DNA from: a bacterium
GTDB taxonomy: Bacteria; SAR324; NAC60-12
Direction of reading: 5' to 3'
Assembly: GCA_965209155.1 (NCBI GenBank)
Contig: OZ242383.1
Coordinates: 1,728,001-1,792,000 of the forward strand
DNA length: 64,000 nucleotides
The translations under genes and the position numbers were made by a program. The notes beneath the pieces are model-generated. The model was not told the DNA's origin. It saw only the letters and a list, made by a program, of their open reading frames with translations, and made no database searches. Positions 19,518 to 29,796 of this stretch are shown here, piece by piece. Every line of letters starts with the position of its first letter. The stretch's first letter is position 1.

Positions 19518-20492
19518 ATGCAAACTTATATCCTCCGAAGAATCCTGCTGCTGATCCCCACGCTGATCATTGTGACCTTCCTGGTCTTCAGCATCGTGCG
19601 CTTCATCCCAGGCAACGTCGTGGACAACATGATCGGGATGATGCAGTCAGGCGGCGGGGTCGGGCCCGAGATGGATGTGGAAGAAATCCGCCGGGAGATC
19701 GAGAAACGGCTGGGGCTGGACAAACCGTTCTATATTCAATATGGCCTCTGGATGTCAGGGGTCTTGAGAGGAGATTTCGGGGGATCCTTGTATACGGGGC
19801 TTTCCGTCACGGGAAAGCTGCTTGCCTTCCTGCCGGTCTCGCTCGAGTGTGGGTTGTTTGCCTTGTTGATCTCCCTCAGTATTGCCTTGCCGGTGGGCAT
19901 CATTTCCGGAATGCGTCCGGACACCATGACCGACAATCTCCTGCGCAGCATTTCGATCCTGTTTATTTGTGTTCCTAATTTCTGGATCGGGACGATGATT
20001 GTGGTCTTCCCCGCGGTCTGGTGGTATTGGTCCCCCCAGTTGGTCTATATTCCCTTTCTCAAAGACCCCTGGGGAAATCTCAGTCTGATCCTCCTGCCGG
20101 CCTTCATACTGGGGATGGAACTCTCCGGCATGACCATGCGCTTCACCCGCAACATGATGCTGGAAGTGCTGCGGCAGGATTATATCCGCACCGCATGGGC
20201 CAAGGGACTCCGGGAGAGGGTGGTGATTTTGGGACACGTCCTGAAGAATTCACTGATCCCGGTCGCCACACTGGTGGGCTTGCAACTCCCGGTATTAGTG
20301 GGGGCGGCGATTGTGGTCGAGATGATCTTCAATCTGCCGGGGCTTGGCAAACTGATGATCAATGCCATTGAGTTACGAGATTATCCCATCATCTCCGCCA
20401 TCAACGTGGTCATGGCCGTCATCGTGTTGTTCTCGAACCTCCTGGTGGACATCAGCTACGCTTGGCTCGACCCAAGGATTCGGTATCGGTAG
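19518..20492 (+). CDS. ABC permease, DppB/OppB-like
   Basis: RNMMLEVLRQDYIRTAWAKGL, FNLPGLG, LDPRIRY. Confidence 0.95.
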   Translation: MQTYILRRILLLIPTLIIVTFLVFSIVRFIPGNVVDNMIGMMQSGGGVGPEMDVEEIRREIEKRLGLDKPFYIQYGLWMSGVLRGDFGGSLYTGLSVTGKLLAFLPVSLECGLFALLISLSIALPVGIISGMRPDTMTDNLLRSISILFICVPNFWIGTMIVVFPAVWWYWSPQLVYIPFLKDPWGNLSLILLPAFILGMELSGMTMRFTRNMMLEVLRQDYIRTAWAKGLRERVVILGHVLKNSLIPVATLVGLQLPVLVGAAIVVEMIFNLPGLGKLMINAIELRDYPIISAINVVMAVIVLFSNLLVDISYAWLDPRIRYR

Positions 20493-20497
20493 GTGGT

Positions 20498-20561
20498 AGC
20501 TTTCAGTGGTCTGCTATCAGTTTTCAGAAAGGCGATAGCAGATAACTGACAACTGATAGCT
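20498..20561. repeat. Heptamer-based palindromic intergenic repeat
   Basis: AGCTTTCAGTGGTCTGCTATC ... GATAGCAGATAACTGACAACTGATAGCT forms an imperfect inverted repeat of 7-nt units. Confidence 0.55.
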
Positions 20562-20568
20562 TTTAAAA

Positions 20569-21501
20569 ATGGAAGTACAAACCGCAACACCCACAGCAGC
20601 AGCAAGCGCCCCTGCGAGAAAAGGGGCATTCCGCATCTTCCTCTCGCGGCTTTTCAAGGAGAAGCCCTTGGGCGCTGTCGGTGGGATCATTGTTCTGGTG
20701 TTTCTGTTCGTCGGGGTCTCCGCCCCACTGCTGGCTCCCCAAGGTCTCTTCAAGCGAAACCTGAGAAGCACCCTGCAGGGACCCTCAGTCGAGTTTCCCC
20801 TGGGGACGGACCATATGGGACGAGACCTCCTCACCCGCGTGTTATATGGGGCGCGGATTTCGATGGTGGTGGGATTGACAGCCACCACCCTGGCCGTGGG
20901 ACTGGCGACGTTTCTCGGCCTGATTTCAGGCTACTTTGGTGGGAGAGTGGACCTCGTCCTGCAACGGTTTGTGGATGCCTGGCTGAGCATCCCCTGGCTG
21001 TTCCTGGCCCTGACCATCATGTCGGTACTGGGACAGGGGATGGTGCAGATCATCGTCCTCTTGGGATTGAGTTGGGGGATGGGAAACGTGAGGACGATGC
21101 GGGGGGTGGTCCTCAGTATCAAGGAAAATGTCTATGTGGAGGCCGCCCGGGCGGTAGGCTGCAGCACCTGGCGCATCCTCTGGCGGCACATCCTGCCCCA
21201 ATTGGTGGCGCCGATCATTGTCCTGTTCAGCATTAGCCTTGGTGGCGTCATCATAGGAGAGGCTGTCATCGGCTTTCTGGGATACGGCATTCCTCCGCCC
21301 GAGCCCAGCTGGGGCTCCTTACTGAGTGTGGAAGGCAAGAAATATATGTTGAAAAATCCCTGGTTGGCCTTCTGGCCCGGCATTTCCCTGGCCATCGTCG
21401 TCTTTGGGATCAACATGTTCGGCGACGCCTTGCGAGATCTGCTCGACCCCCGGCTGCGAGGCGGCATGGGTCGCTTTGTGATGGCCAAAAAGAAAAAATA
21501 A
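20569..21501 (+). CDS. ABC permease, DppC/OppC-like
   Basis: PLGTDHMGRDLLTRVLYGAR, YVEAARAVG, PEPSWG, GDALRDLLDPR. Confidence 0.95.
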   Translation: MEVQTATPTAAASAPARKGAFRIFLSRLFKEKPLGAVGGIIVLVFLFVGVSAPLLAPQGLFKRNLRSTLQGPSVEFPLGTDHMGRDLLTRVLYGARISMVVGLTATTLAVGLATFLGLISGYFGGRVDLVLQRFVDAWLSIPWLFLALTIMSVLGQGMVQIIVLLGLSWGMGNVRTMRGVVLSIKENVYVEAARAVGCSTWRILWRHILPQLVAPIIVLFSISLGGVIIGEAVIGFLGYGIPPPEPSWGSLLSVEGKKYMLKNPWLAFWPGISLAIVVFGINMFGDALRDLLDPRLRGGMGRFVMAKKKK

Positions 21502-21536
21502 AATAAGAGATTCTTAGATTCTTTTAAGGAGACCCA

Positions 21537-22622
21537 ATGCCACGAAAAGCTGTATTTACCGGAGGACACGGGGTGGCCGTGTTGGAATACCAAGATCGCC
21601 CGTTGGCGCCCAATGAGGTGCGTATTCAGACTGAATATGCCTCCGGCAAACACGGGACGACCATGGCCCTGATGGATGGACTGAACCGGCAAGGGCAGCG
21701 TTGGGATGCAATCTATCGCCTCTCACTGCCGAGCGATGAGCCGGACCCGGATCCCCTTCCTGCCAATGAAGTCGGCACCAGCGGGGTAGGGACTATCATT
21801 GAGGTGGGGACGGAGGTCTCAGACTGGAAGGTGGGGGATCGGGTGTTTGGCTGGATGGACGTCAGTGAAACGAACATCATTTGTGTGGATCGCCCGGAAT
21901 ACTATCACTGGCCATGGCATGGATCAACGGCGCCCTGGCTGGTTTGGGAATTAGACAATCTCGATCCTCTGTTGGCGTTGTGCTTTGAGCCGGCCTATGT
22001 GGCATTCAATTGTATTCGCGAATCCAACATCCGCTTTGGCGAGACGGTGGCCATTGTTGGGCTGGGGGCCATTGGATTGCTAGCTGTCCGCATCTCCGCG
22101 CTCAGTGGAGCAGAACAGATTTTTGCCGTGGATCCGCTGCCGAACCGTAGGCAGTTGGCCAGCAACTTTGGAGCCCATCATGTCCTCGATCCCTATGCCG
22201 GGGATGCGGCCCTGTCCATTCACCAGATGACCGGAGGGGCTGGGGTCGATGCCGGCATTGAGATCAGTGGCAAATTTCCGGCATTGCAGACAACGATTCG
22301 AGCCACACGGGCCGGGGGAAAGGTCTGCGCAGCAGGTTTCTTCCAGGGTGAGGCGAAAGGCTTATGGCTGGGTCGCGAATGGAGTTCAAACCGCCAGACG
22401 ATGTTTGTCCCTACAGGCGTTGGTGATTTACTGATGCATCGCGACCACCCCCTGTGGGACGAATTCCGTGCTTACGACACGGTGGTGAGTAAGATGAAGC
22501 AGGGCCAATTTACTGTCCCGGGGCTCATCGACCCCCTCGTCTCCCTGGAGGACGTCCCGGAGGTTTTCCAACTGATTGAGCATCACCCGGAAAAAGTGAT
22601 CAAATATGCGGTTCGTTTTTAA
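21537..22622 (+). CDS. MDR-family dehydrogenase, YcjQ-like
   Basis: VAVLEYQDRPLAPNEVRI...SGKHGT resembles the E. coli YcjQ N-terminus as I recall it; Rossmann motif VGLGAIG. Confidence 0.75.
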   Translation: MPRKAVFTGGHGVAVLEYQDRPLAPNEVRIQTEYASGKHGTTMALMDGLNRQGQRWDAIYRLSLPSDEPDPDPLPANEVGTSGVGTIIEVGTEVSDWKVGDRVFGWMDVSETNIICVDRPEYYHWPWHGSTAPWLVWELDNLDPLLALCFEPAYVAFNCIRESNIRFGETVAIVGLGAIGLLAVRISALSGAEQIFAVDPLPNRRQLASNFGAHHVLDPYAGDAALSIHQMTGGAGVDAGIEISGKFPALQTTIRATRAGGKVCAAGFFQGEAKGLWLGREWSSNRQTMFVPTGVGDLLMHRDHPLWDEFRAYDTVVSKMKQGQFTVPGLIDPLVSLEDVPEVFQLIEHHPEKVIKYAVRF

Positions 22623-22634
22623 GAAAGGAACAGG

Positions 22635-23417
22635 ATGACTGAAGCATTGCGAGTGACGGTATGGAACGAGTTTTGGCATGAGAATCCGGAACATTGGGAT
22701 TATGTGAAGACGAATTGGATGAGCTATGGATATAGCGAAGAAAGCGGGATAGAAGAAACCGAGGGGGTTCAGAAAATTTACCCTGAAGGCATCCACTCCG
22801 TCATCGCCCGTCACCTGGACCAGCAAGGGTTCTCGGTACGAACTGCGACCCTCGATGAACCGGAGCATGGCCTGAGCGAAGCGGTCTTGGCCGAAACCGA
22901 TGTCCTCCTCTGGTGGGGACACATTGTCTCAGAAAAGGTCCAAGATGCGATCGTGGAGCGGGTCTGCCAACGCATCCTGGAGGAGGGGATGGGTTTCATT
23001 GTGCTGCATGCGGGGGCGATTTCCAAAATTTTTAGAAAGCTGATGGGCACTACCTGCGTGATGACACCGCGAGTGGATGGGGAGCGGGAACAGGTTTGGG
23101 TGGTCGAGCCCGGGCATCCCATTGCCCGAGGCTTGGGGAAATCCTTTGTGGTTCCCCAAACAGAAATGTATGGAGAACCCTTTGACATCCCGACTCCCGA
23201 CACGGTCGTCTTCATCAGTTGGTACCCCGGCGGTGAAGTCTTCCGCAGCGGGTGTTGCTTTCAGCGTGGACGGGGGAAAATCTTCTTCTTCGCGCCTGGG
23301 CATGAAACCTACCCGATCTACTATCAACCCGAAGTCCGGCAAGTGCTCACCAATGCCGTAGCGTGGGCCGCTCCCTCACGCTCTCCCGGGAAAGGCTCGC
23401 AGCCGCGTGAAGTTTGA
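22635..23417 (+). CDS. thuA: ThuA-family (trehalose utilisation) protein
   Basis: [60 protein letters not shown]. Confidence 0.88.
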   Translation: MTEALRVTVWNEFWHENPEHWDYVKTNWMSYGYSEESGIEETEGVQKIYPEGIHSVIARHLDQQGFSVRTATLDEPEHGLSEAVLAETDVLLWWGHIVSEKVQDAIVERVCQRILEEGMGFIVLHAGAISKIFRKLMGTTCVMTPRVDGEREQVWVVEPGHPIARGLGKSFVVPQTEMYGEPFDIPTPDTVVFISWYPGGEVFRSGCCFQRGRGKIFFFAPGHETYPIYYQPEVRQVLTNAVAWAAPSRSPGKGSQPREV

Positions 23418-23482
23418 TTGATGGGACGCCCTTGCGGAAAGACCCATTTACGCGCGGGGCCGGCCAATCACTGAAAAAAGCG

Positions 23483-23511
23483 TTGACAATGTGTTTGCGG
23501 TGATTTAAAAA
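23483..23511 (+). promoter_or_regulatory. Sigma70-like promoter for the dioxygenase gene
   Basis: TTGACA-17 nt-TAAAAA. Confidence 0.45.
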
Positions 23512-23552
23512 GCTAGCGAAACAATTTGCTTAATTACCTATCAGGAGAACCT

Positions 23553-24743
23553 ATGACCACCATGCTTTCAATCGAACAGAAACAACAGTTGTACCGCGAG
23601 GGCTACGTTATCCTGAAAGGTGCTGTTTCCAAGGAGTTGACCTCAGCAGCGAGGACCGCAATCGGGGAAGCCGAGAGCAATCCGGATCCTATCCCTGCGG
23701 ATGATCCCATCTTCCGGGGTACCTTAGTCGTGGGGATGAACCGAAAGCTATGGAACCTTCGTAATGCATCCATGATGATCGACCTGGTCAACAAGAGCAC
23801 CTTGACGCCAGTATTAACCGAATGTATGGGACCGTTTGACCCACCTACGCAATGCCAGGCGGCCATTAATCCAATCCAGCGCGAGCCAGGGGAAGGCTAC
23901 AACTATATCGGGTACCTGGAAAAGGACCAGCCTTACTTTGGGGCTCAAATGCATTTAGATGGCTTGTGTGGCTTTCCCATTGTAGAAGAGCCACAAGTGG
24001 GCTCCGTCGACGAGATCTACCAGTATAGGATCTCCTCTCGTCACAAGGGGAACCTCGGACGCACTGCGGAGGTGACAGGCAACAACTTCGTGCCGCTCTT
24101 CATGGATCCGGAGATGACCTTGGGAATCGGCAGCTTCACCGCCTTCCTCTTTGTCTGCCTCAACGACCAAACGCGAGAGGGTTGTGGACAGACCGCCATA
24201 CTCCCTGGGGCACACCACGTCGCTGAGCAGTTTTTCAACCAGCAGCGTGCTGCCGGGGATTGCCTGGGTCAAGAGGGGCCCGGCTGGCCTCGGTTCGATT
24301 ACAACTCACCTAACCGTTGCGGCATGAAGTTCCTGCCGGACGACATGTATGATGCGCTGACCGACGAGACCTCGGCATGCACGCCCGACGGCAAGCGGTG
24401 GCCCAAACCGACTCAGCTTTTGATGGAAGAAGGCGATGCCACTATCACCACGTACCATATGCCGCATACCAGTACTCGCAATGAGCGAGGCACCGAGAGC
24501 CGTAAGACCGCGATTTTCCGTCTTCGTGCTAAATCCCATCAACCATCGATGATGGTGGACTGCCATGGGATTACCGACCACCCGGACCGGGGATACCACG
24601 GTGAATGGCTGCAGTACCCGGAAGGGGTGGATCCGTGGGAGCGCTCAAAGCACTTGCTCTGCCACCCCTGGGAAGTCTGGGAGGGAATGCAGCAGGTCGT
24701 TGCTGATGAACGAGCCAAGGCCAACACATCGAGTAAGGTGTAA
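23553..24743 (+). CDS. Phytanoyl-CoA dioxygenase (PhyH)-like Fe(II)/2OG oxygenase
   Basis: LSIEQKQQLYREGYVILKGAV, HxD motif (MHLDG), ILPGAHH, GDATI...MPH, distal R (RKTAIFRL); RBS AGGAG. Confidence 0.75.
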   Translation: MTTMLSIEQKQQLYREGYVILKGAVSKELTSAARTAIGEAESNPDPIPADDPIFRGTLVVGMNRKLWNLRNASMMIDLVNKSTLTPVLTECMGPFDPPTQCQAAINPIQREPGEGYNYIGYLEKDQPYFGAQMHLDGLCGFPIVEEPQVGSVDEIYQYRISSRHKGNLGRTAEVTGNNFVPLFMDPEMTLGIGSFTAFLFVCLNDQTREGCGQTAILPGAHHVAEQFFNQQRAAGDCLGQEGPGWPRFDYNSPNRCGMKFLPDDMYDALTDETSACTPDGKRWPKPTQLLMEEGDATITTYHMPHTSTRNERGTESRKTAIFRLRAKSHQPSMMVDCHGITDHPDRGYHGEWLQYPEGVDPWERSKHLLCHPWEVWEGMQQVVADERAKANTSSKV

Positions 24744-24983
24744 GCAAATATATAAGGAAATCTGGGGACAGTTACCAATTATTTGCAATGAAAATCCGAA
24801 AATCCGGGGACCGTCCCACAACCACCACAAGAGGGACAAACGCTTCGTAGACTGGGATTGAAGGTCATTCTGAGCGCAACGGAAAGCCGGAAGTCTACCG
24901 ATCTCGTGCTGCGCTGTCATTGCCGGGGGACTTATCTTTACGATACCATTACGGCTATGGCCAGCTTGATCCACTTTTTAGGC

Positions 24984-26166
24984 TTAGGACAGTGCCCTAA
25001 ATTATATTCCCATTTGATGGGTATTGTGTTTCAATACCCCGATGAAACGCAATCTTGAACTTGAAGCGACGATCGTTGAGAAGTACGCGGCGGGTCGAGG
25101 CGTATCTCGACGAGCGCGGGCGCCGTGTATGGGCGGCGACCGAGTCTCGTGCCATCGGGTATGGAGGCGATGCGCTGGTGTCGGATGCGACCGGGTTGTC
25201 GCACCCGACGATACGCAAGGGTCGCGGGGAGCTGGAATCGGGCGGTGCCGAGCATGGCCGATTCCGCCGCCCAGGCGCGGGGCGGCCCGGCATCAAGCAG
25301 TCCCAGCCCGGCATTAAGCAAGCGCTGGAGAAGCTGGTTGACCCGGTGACTCGTGGCGACCCGGAGTCGCCGTTGCGCTGGACATGCAAGAGCCGTGCGA
25401 AACTCGCCACGGCGTTGTCGAGCGCGGGCTGGAAGGTGGGTTCGACGACGGTGGGCCGATTGCTGCACGAGCTTGGCTATCGGCTGCAATCGGTGCGCAA
25501 GAGCCGCGAAGGGGCGTCACACCCGGACCGCAACGCACAGTTTGAACATATCAATTCGAAGGCTGAGGAGTTCCTTCAACGCGGCCAGCCAGTGCTCTCT
25601 GTCGACACGAAGAAGAAGGAGCTGGTAGGGGATTTCAAGAACGCTGGCCGGGAGTGGCAACCGAAGGGCGATCCTGAGAAGTCACTGGTTCACGACTTTC
25701 CCCAAGATGCGGCGAGCAGGGCCATTCCTTACGGCATCTATGACATGGGCAGCAACGAAGCATGGGTCAGTGTTGGGTTTGACCACGACACACCCGTATT
25801 CGCTGTCGCTTCGCTGCCGCACTTCGCCGACGAGACCGGTGTCCGCGTCCACGTCAGTCATTTCCCGCCTGGCACCAGCAAGTGGAACAAGATTGAGCAT
25901 CGCCTGTTCTGTCACATCACCCAGAATTGGCGAGGTAAGCCGTTGCGAACCTTTGAGACCATTGTCGACTTGATAGGCAACACACGCTCCGACGCAGGGC
26001 AGCGAGTGAGAGCCGAGTTGGACGAGGGGGAGTATCCCACCGGGGTCAAGACGACGAACGCTGAAATGGATGCACTGTCACTACATCGCAACGAGTTCCA
26101 CGGCGACTGGAACTATGAAATTTACCCGCGATGAAGTTGGAAACATAAATTCGATCAATGTCCTAA
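24984..26166 (+). mobile_element. ISAzo13-family element with frameshifted, internally deleted transposase
   Basis: Terminal inverted repeats TTAGGACA.TG...; RGDPESPLRWT, HPDRNAQFEHI, SVDTKKKELVG, PPGTSKWNKIEHRLF; frameshift near 25092; junction VASL|PHFADE. Confidence 0.9.
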
Positions 26167-26419
26167 GGTTTTTTTCGCCAAAACCAGCCCCGAACTCTGC
26201 CGTTAAATGTCGCCCCAGTGAGGCGACAATCCGTTTACCGTAATCCGCACGTTTCTTCCCGAGAATATCGCGGTGAATACGCTGTCCGATTTTCCAGAAA
26301 AGCATGGTGAGCGCGGCGTTGGTGACTTGGGCAACCTGACCCCGGGCCTCTGCGATCATGCCACGTAACTCCGCAAGGAGAGCGTCGGTTGGCTTGATGA
26401 TGTCGTTCGCTTCATTCAT
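26167..26419 (-). pseudogene. DUF1016 (YhcG-like) N-terminal fragment truncated by ISAzo13
   Basis: IAEARGQVAQVTNAALTMLFWKIGQRI...RADYGKRIV...EFGAGFGEKNLR. Confidence 0.85.
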
Positions 26420-27993
26420 ACTCCAATCCTCTCCAGAATCTCCCGCAAGGCCCTGTCGGTCTCCCTGGCCTCGGCCTCGATCATATCCAGTTCCGCCACG
26501 ATTTCCGAGAGCGGCCGATAGGTCTCCGCGTCACCGGTGTGGATGTATCGGCTTGGGGAAATGTTATAGTCATTCTTCTTCAACTCCGCGTGCTCGACGA
26601 TGCGGCTGAGTTTTTCCTCTTCCTTCCACTCGATCAGAATCTCGGCGATACGGTTGATGTCTGCAGGCGGGATGAAGTTCTTGGGGTCGCCCTTTTCGAA
26701 AATCCGGCTGGCATTCACGAGGAATGCTTTGCCTTGCCGGGCTTTTGGCTTGGCCTTGTTGAGGAAGAGCACGATGCCCGGGGCGGAGGTATTGTAGAAA
26801 AGGTTTTCGGGCAGGTAGAGGACGTTCTCGATGAGGTCTTGGTCCACAAACCACTGGCGGACGCTTTTCTCCTTATTGGCGCCTGCGTTGCCCGAGCCGC
26901 GGGAGGCGGCGCCGGTATCGAGGACGACGGCGGCCCGACCGGCTTGATGATGGTCCGATCCTGGCTTGAGACTGGCGCACATGTGCTGGACCCAACCCCA
27001 GTCGGCGGAGGATTTACCGGGAAAACCCGGGAGGAAACGCTCGAATTCGTCGTTGTCGTAATCGGTCTCGCCGTATTCCCCCTGGTTCCACATGGGATTG
27101 GCGACGACGCGATCGAAGGTGCGGAGCTTGCCGTTTTTCCCGGTGCGGAACTTGGGATTCTTGAAGGTGTCGCCGATCTCGATCTGTCCCTCCATATCGT
27201 GGATGATCATGTTCATATTGGCCATGGCCCAGGTCTCGGGGACGTATTCCTGGCCGAACAGTCTGAGTGGCGCGTATTTCGCCTGCCCGGCGGCTTGCAT
27301 TTTGGTCTCCATGGCGAGATCGCACTTGATGAGGAGGCCGCCGGAGCCGCAGGTGGGGTCGTAAATCTCCACACCCGGGTCGGGCGCGAGGACGCGGGCC
27401 ATGATCTCGCCGACTTCTCCGAGGGTGTAGAACTCGCCGGCGCTCTGTCCGCCACCTTCGGCGAACTTGCGGATGAGGTATTCGTAGCTCTTGCCGATGA
27501 TATCGGCCTCAACGTCCTCGAGCCCCAGTCGCTTGGTGCTGATGGCCTCGATCAGGTTGGAGAGGCGGTCGTCGTCGAGGTCGCGCAGGCTGTGGGTGGT
27601 AGCGTTGAAGTCAACACGGTCGATGATGCCTTGCAGGGACTGGTTTTCCCGGGCGATGGCCCGCATGTGGGTAGTCACGCCTTCGCCGATCTGGTCCGAG
27701 AGCTTGCGAATGACCGACCAGACCGGTTGTTCGGGATCTTCCGGCACGAGGGGAAGATAGAAGCGGACGAGCTTGTGGTCGGCCTTGACGAGTTGGAAGG
27801 CCATCTTCCGCGTGCCGACCTCTGCGGCAATGCGATTCACTTCGTCGTCGAAGACGTCGCAGAGACGCTTGGTGAAGATGAGAGGGAGAATATAGTCCTT
27901 GTATTTCGGCGCATCCTTGGCCCCGCGGATCGAGCAGGCGGCATCCCATATCCAGGATTCGAGCGATTTGTCTTTGGAACTATATTCAGCCAT
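26416..27993 (-). CDS. hsdM: Type I restriction-modification methyltransferase subunit
   Basis: LESWIWDAACSIRG, YKDYILPLIF, GEFYT, YDPTCGSGGLL, GQE, motif IV variant ANPMW, LPENLFYNT, YNISPSRY. Confidence 0.93.
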   Translation of the reverse strand: MAEYSSKDKSLESWIWDAACSIRGAKDAPKYKDYILPLIFTKRLCDVFDDEVNRIAAEVGTRKMAFQLVKADHKLVRFYLPLVPEDPEQPVWSVIRKLSDQIGEGVTTHMRAIARENQSLQGIIDRVDFNATTHSLRDLDDDRLSNLIEAISTKRLGLEDVEADIIGKSYEYLIRKFAEGGGQSAGEFYTLGEVGEIMARVLAPDPGVEIYDPTCGSGGLLIKCDLAMETKMQAAGQAKYAPLRLFGQEYVPETWAMANMNMIIHDMEGQIEIGDTFKNPKFRTGKNGKLRTFDRVVANPMWNQGEYGETDYDNDEFERFLPGFPGKSSADWGWVQHMCASLKPGSDHHQAGRAAVVLDTGAASRGSGNAGANKEKSVRQWFVDQDLIENVLYLPENLFYNTSAPGIVLFLNKAKPKARQGKAFLVNASRIFEKGDPKNFIPPADINRIAEILIEWKEEEKLSRIVEHAELKKNDYNISPSRYIHTGDAETYRPLSEIVAELDMIEAEARETDRALREILERIGV

Positions 27994-28169
27994 GCAGGTG
28001 TTTTTCAGAGCCATTGGAATTTGTCCCCACCCCTTGGTTTCAGGTACTTTGCCCCGACTGTCCGGAATTGAAGGGTACAGGAAGTATAAATGCTCTCTTT
28101 CGACTGTTGAAATTATACCAATGACCACTTTTTTTACAATGGGCAGTTTCCAGTCGTAAGTGCAACGAA

Positions 28170-28268
28170 GGGAGAGCACAGGTTCTCCCAGGTTCTGGCA
28201 CTACCCCCGAAAGCGCATGTCGCGCTCTTCGACCCCGGCACTGTCCCCATACCAGCCTTAATGCGCAC
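28170..28268 (-). ncRNA. Possible group II intron domain I fragment (no RT gene)
   Basis: The minus strand reads CCGGGGTCGAAGAGCGCGACATGC...GGGGTAGTGCCAGAACCTGGGAGAACCT, resembling the GGGGUC...GCAUG...GAACCUGGGAGA run of bacterial group II intron domain I. Confidence 0.45.
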
Positions 28269-28550
28269 CAGAACTGCTGCCTTTGGAATCGAAGAACTTG
28301 TTTTCAGATGAACAGGCCTCTCATTCGCGCATCAGTGCGTTACATGAAAAATCGTCCCGGACAGTTTGAATACAAAACAGTTATTGATCAATAACTCCCT
28401 GTCTGCTTTGGAAAAATTGAAATCGCCCATCGTTCCCTCATCCAAAAACGGCAAAAAAACACACTGCGGTGAATCTCCGTGCATACCCTCTGTGTCATTC
28501 CCGCGATAACGGACATCCAGGGTCGATCAAGCTGCAGGATTTTTTCGAGA

Positions 28551-28900
28551 TTATATACAAAGGTTAACAGTGATTTTTCTCTGATAAAATCCGTTCCTGT
28601 GATTCGCAGGGTTCCCGATTCGTTCATAGAGCTCCCGTCCCAGGTGTTCGTTCAGTTCCGCCTTCATTAATTTGGAAAGATAAATACCAACTTGATTGCT
28701 GAAATCCACTCGCAACCGCTCCAATAATTCATCCGGGCTTTGAAGAGTATTGAACATTTCTCTGAATTCCGTTACGGTCAATTCAAATTTCATGGGGCTT
28801 TCTCCTTATAGCAGGTTTATATTGGACATAATCAAACCTACCGGGAAAGTCCCATGGATTCAGGCCCTTCTCAATTTCACGCAATTTAATTTACACGATC
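28551..28900 (-). mobile_element. IS256-family left end with N-terminal transposase fragment
   Basis: LMKAELNEHLGRELYER...HRNGFYQR; end-like GATCGTGTAAATTAAATTGCGTGAAA; hairpin over the RBS. Confidence 0.75.
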
Positions 28901-29063
28901 GCGGTTTCGAGGAGCGTGTGAAGTTTAATTCACTTCATTAGAAGCAGTAAAACAAGTGAAGACTTGGCCTCTCTACTCATTTTTTATGAATATCTTGTTG
29001 ATGATTTGAATAAAATATATTTCAGTAATTTAAATGTTTATAAGTAATCGGAGTTCAATTTTA

Positions 29064-29579
29064 ATGAAAACTATAATTTGCCTATTAACCGTTTTTTTGA
29101 TCGGTTACGCTCATGCTGCTGCTCATTCTGATGAAAATTCGACAATGGCTTATGAAGTGGTTGATCGAGAAACATTAAGGGAATTTGTTGAAGATTCCAA
29201 AATGCACTTAGAATATCACGTTGATGAAGTTTGGGATTTTCTCGATACAGAAGCGCGGATAGAAGGAGACTGGAAACATGAATCGATATACTTAGCCGTT
29301 TTGACTGATCGAGGTGATGTGGTGTTTCATGGTGCTCAACCAATGCTTGAAGGACAGAATTTATTTGAAGATGAGGATGCGCAAAATATCAAAATAGTCC
29401 AGGAATTAATCAAACAAGCAAAAGCAGGAGGTGGATATGTGGAATACTATTTTGATAATCCGGTAATAGAAGGAGATGAGGAAACGGGATCTCCTAAAGT
29501 TGATTATGCTACTTATCTCGATCTAATGCATCCAGATTTTGAACTTAAATTAATCATCATGTCCGGATTTTACAATTAG
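29064..29579 (+). CDS. Stand-alone secreted Cache-domain protein
   Basis: Signal peptide; SIYLAVL..RGDVVFHG..P.LEGQNL...DAQNIKIVQELI..AKAGGGYVEYYFDNP...PKVDY. Confidence 0.75.
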   Translation: MKTIICLLTVFLIGYAHAAAHSDENSTMAYEVVDRETLREFVEDSKMHLEYHVDEVWDFLDTEARIEGDWKHESIYLAVLTDRGDVVFHGAQPMLEGQNLFEDEDAQNIKIVQELIKQAKAGGGYVEYYFDNPVIEGDEETGSPKVDYATYLDLMHPDFELKLIIMSGFYN

Positions 29580-29581
29580 AG

Positions 29582-29718
29582 GAGCGCCCCTTCGCTTGGT
29601 TCGGGGGATTCAGAAGATTAGCCAAAGACCTTGAAATCCTCACAAACACTGCTGAAAATATGATTCGTATTGCCATGATCAAAGTGACCTTAGCAAAGTG
29701 TCTTATTTAACCAAACGG
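29582..29718 (+). mobile_element. IS5-family transposase C-terminal remnant; its terminal repeat is interrupted by the IS66-type unit
   Basis: ERPFAWFGGFRRLAKDLEILTNTAENMIRIAMIKVTLAKCLI*, followed by CCAAACGG; the remainder TTTCTTA lies at 46549-46555. Confidence 0.8.
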
Positions 29719-29796
29719 GTAACTATTTAGGTTACTTTAGAGCCCCCTTCAATTTAAGCACAGATTTTGCATGGCATAAAATCCAGGAAGGATTTT

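Noticed and set aside
26539..28071. 510-aa plus-strand ORF
   Set aside because: It is the antisense shadow of GC-rich hsdM and has no recognisable motifs.
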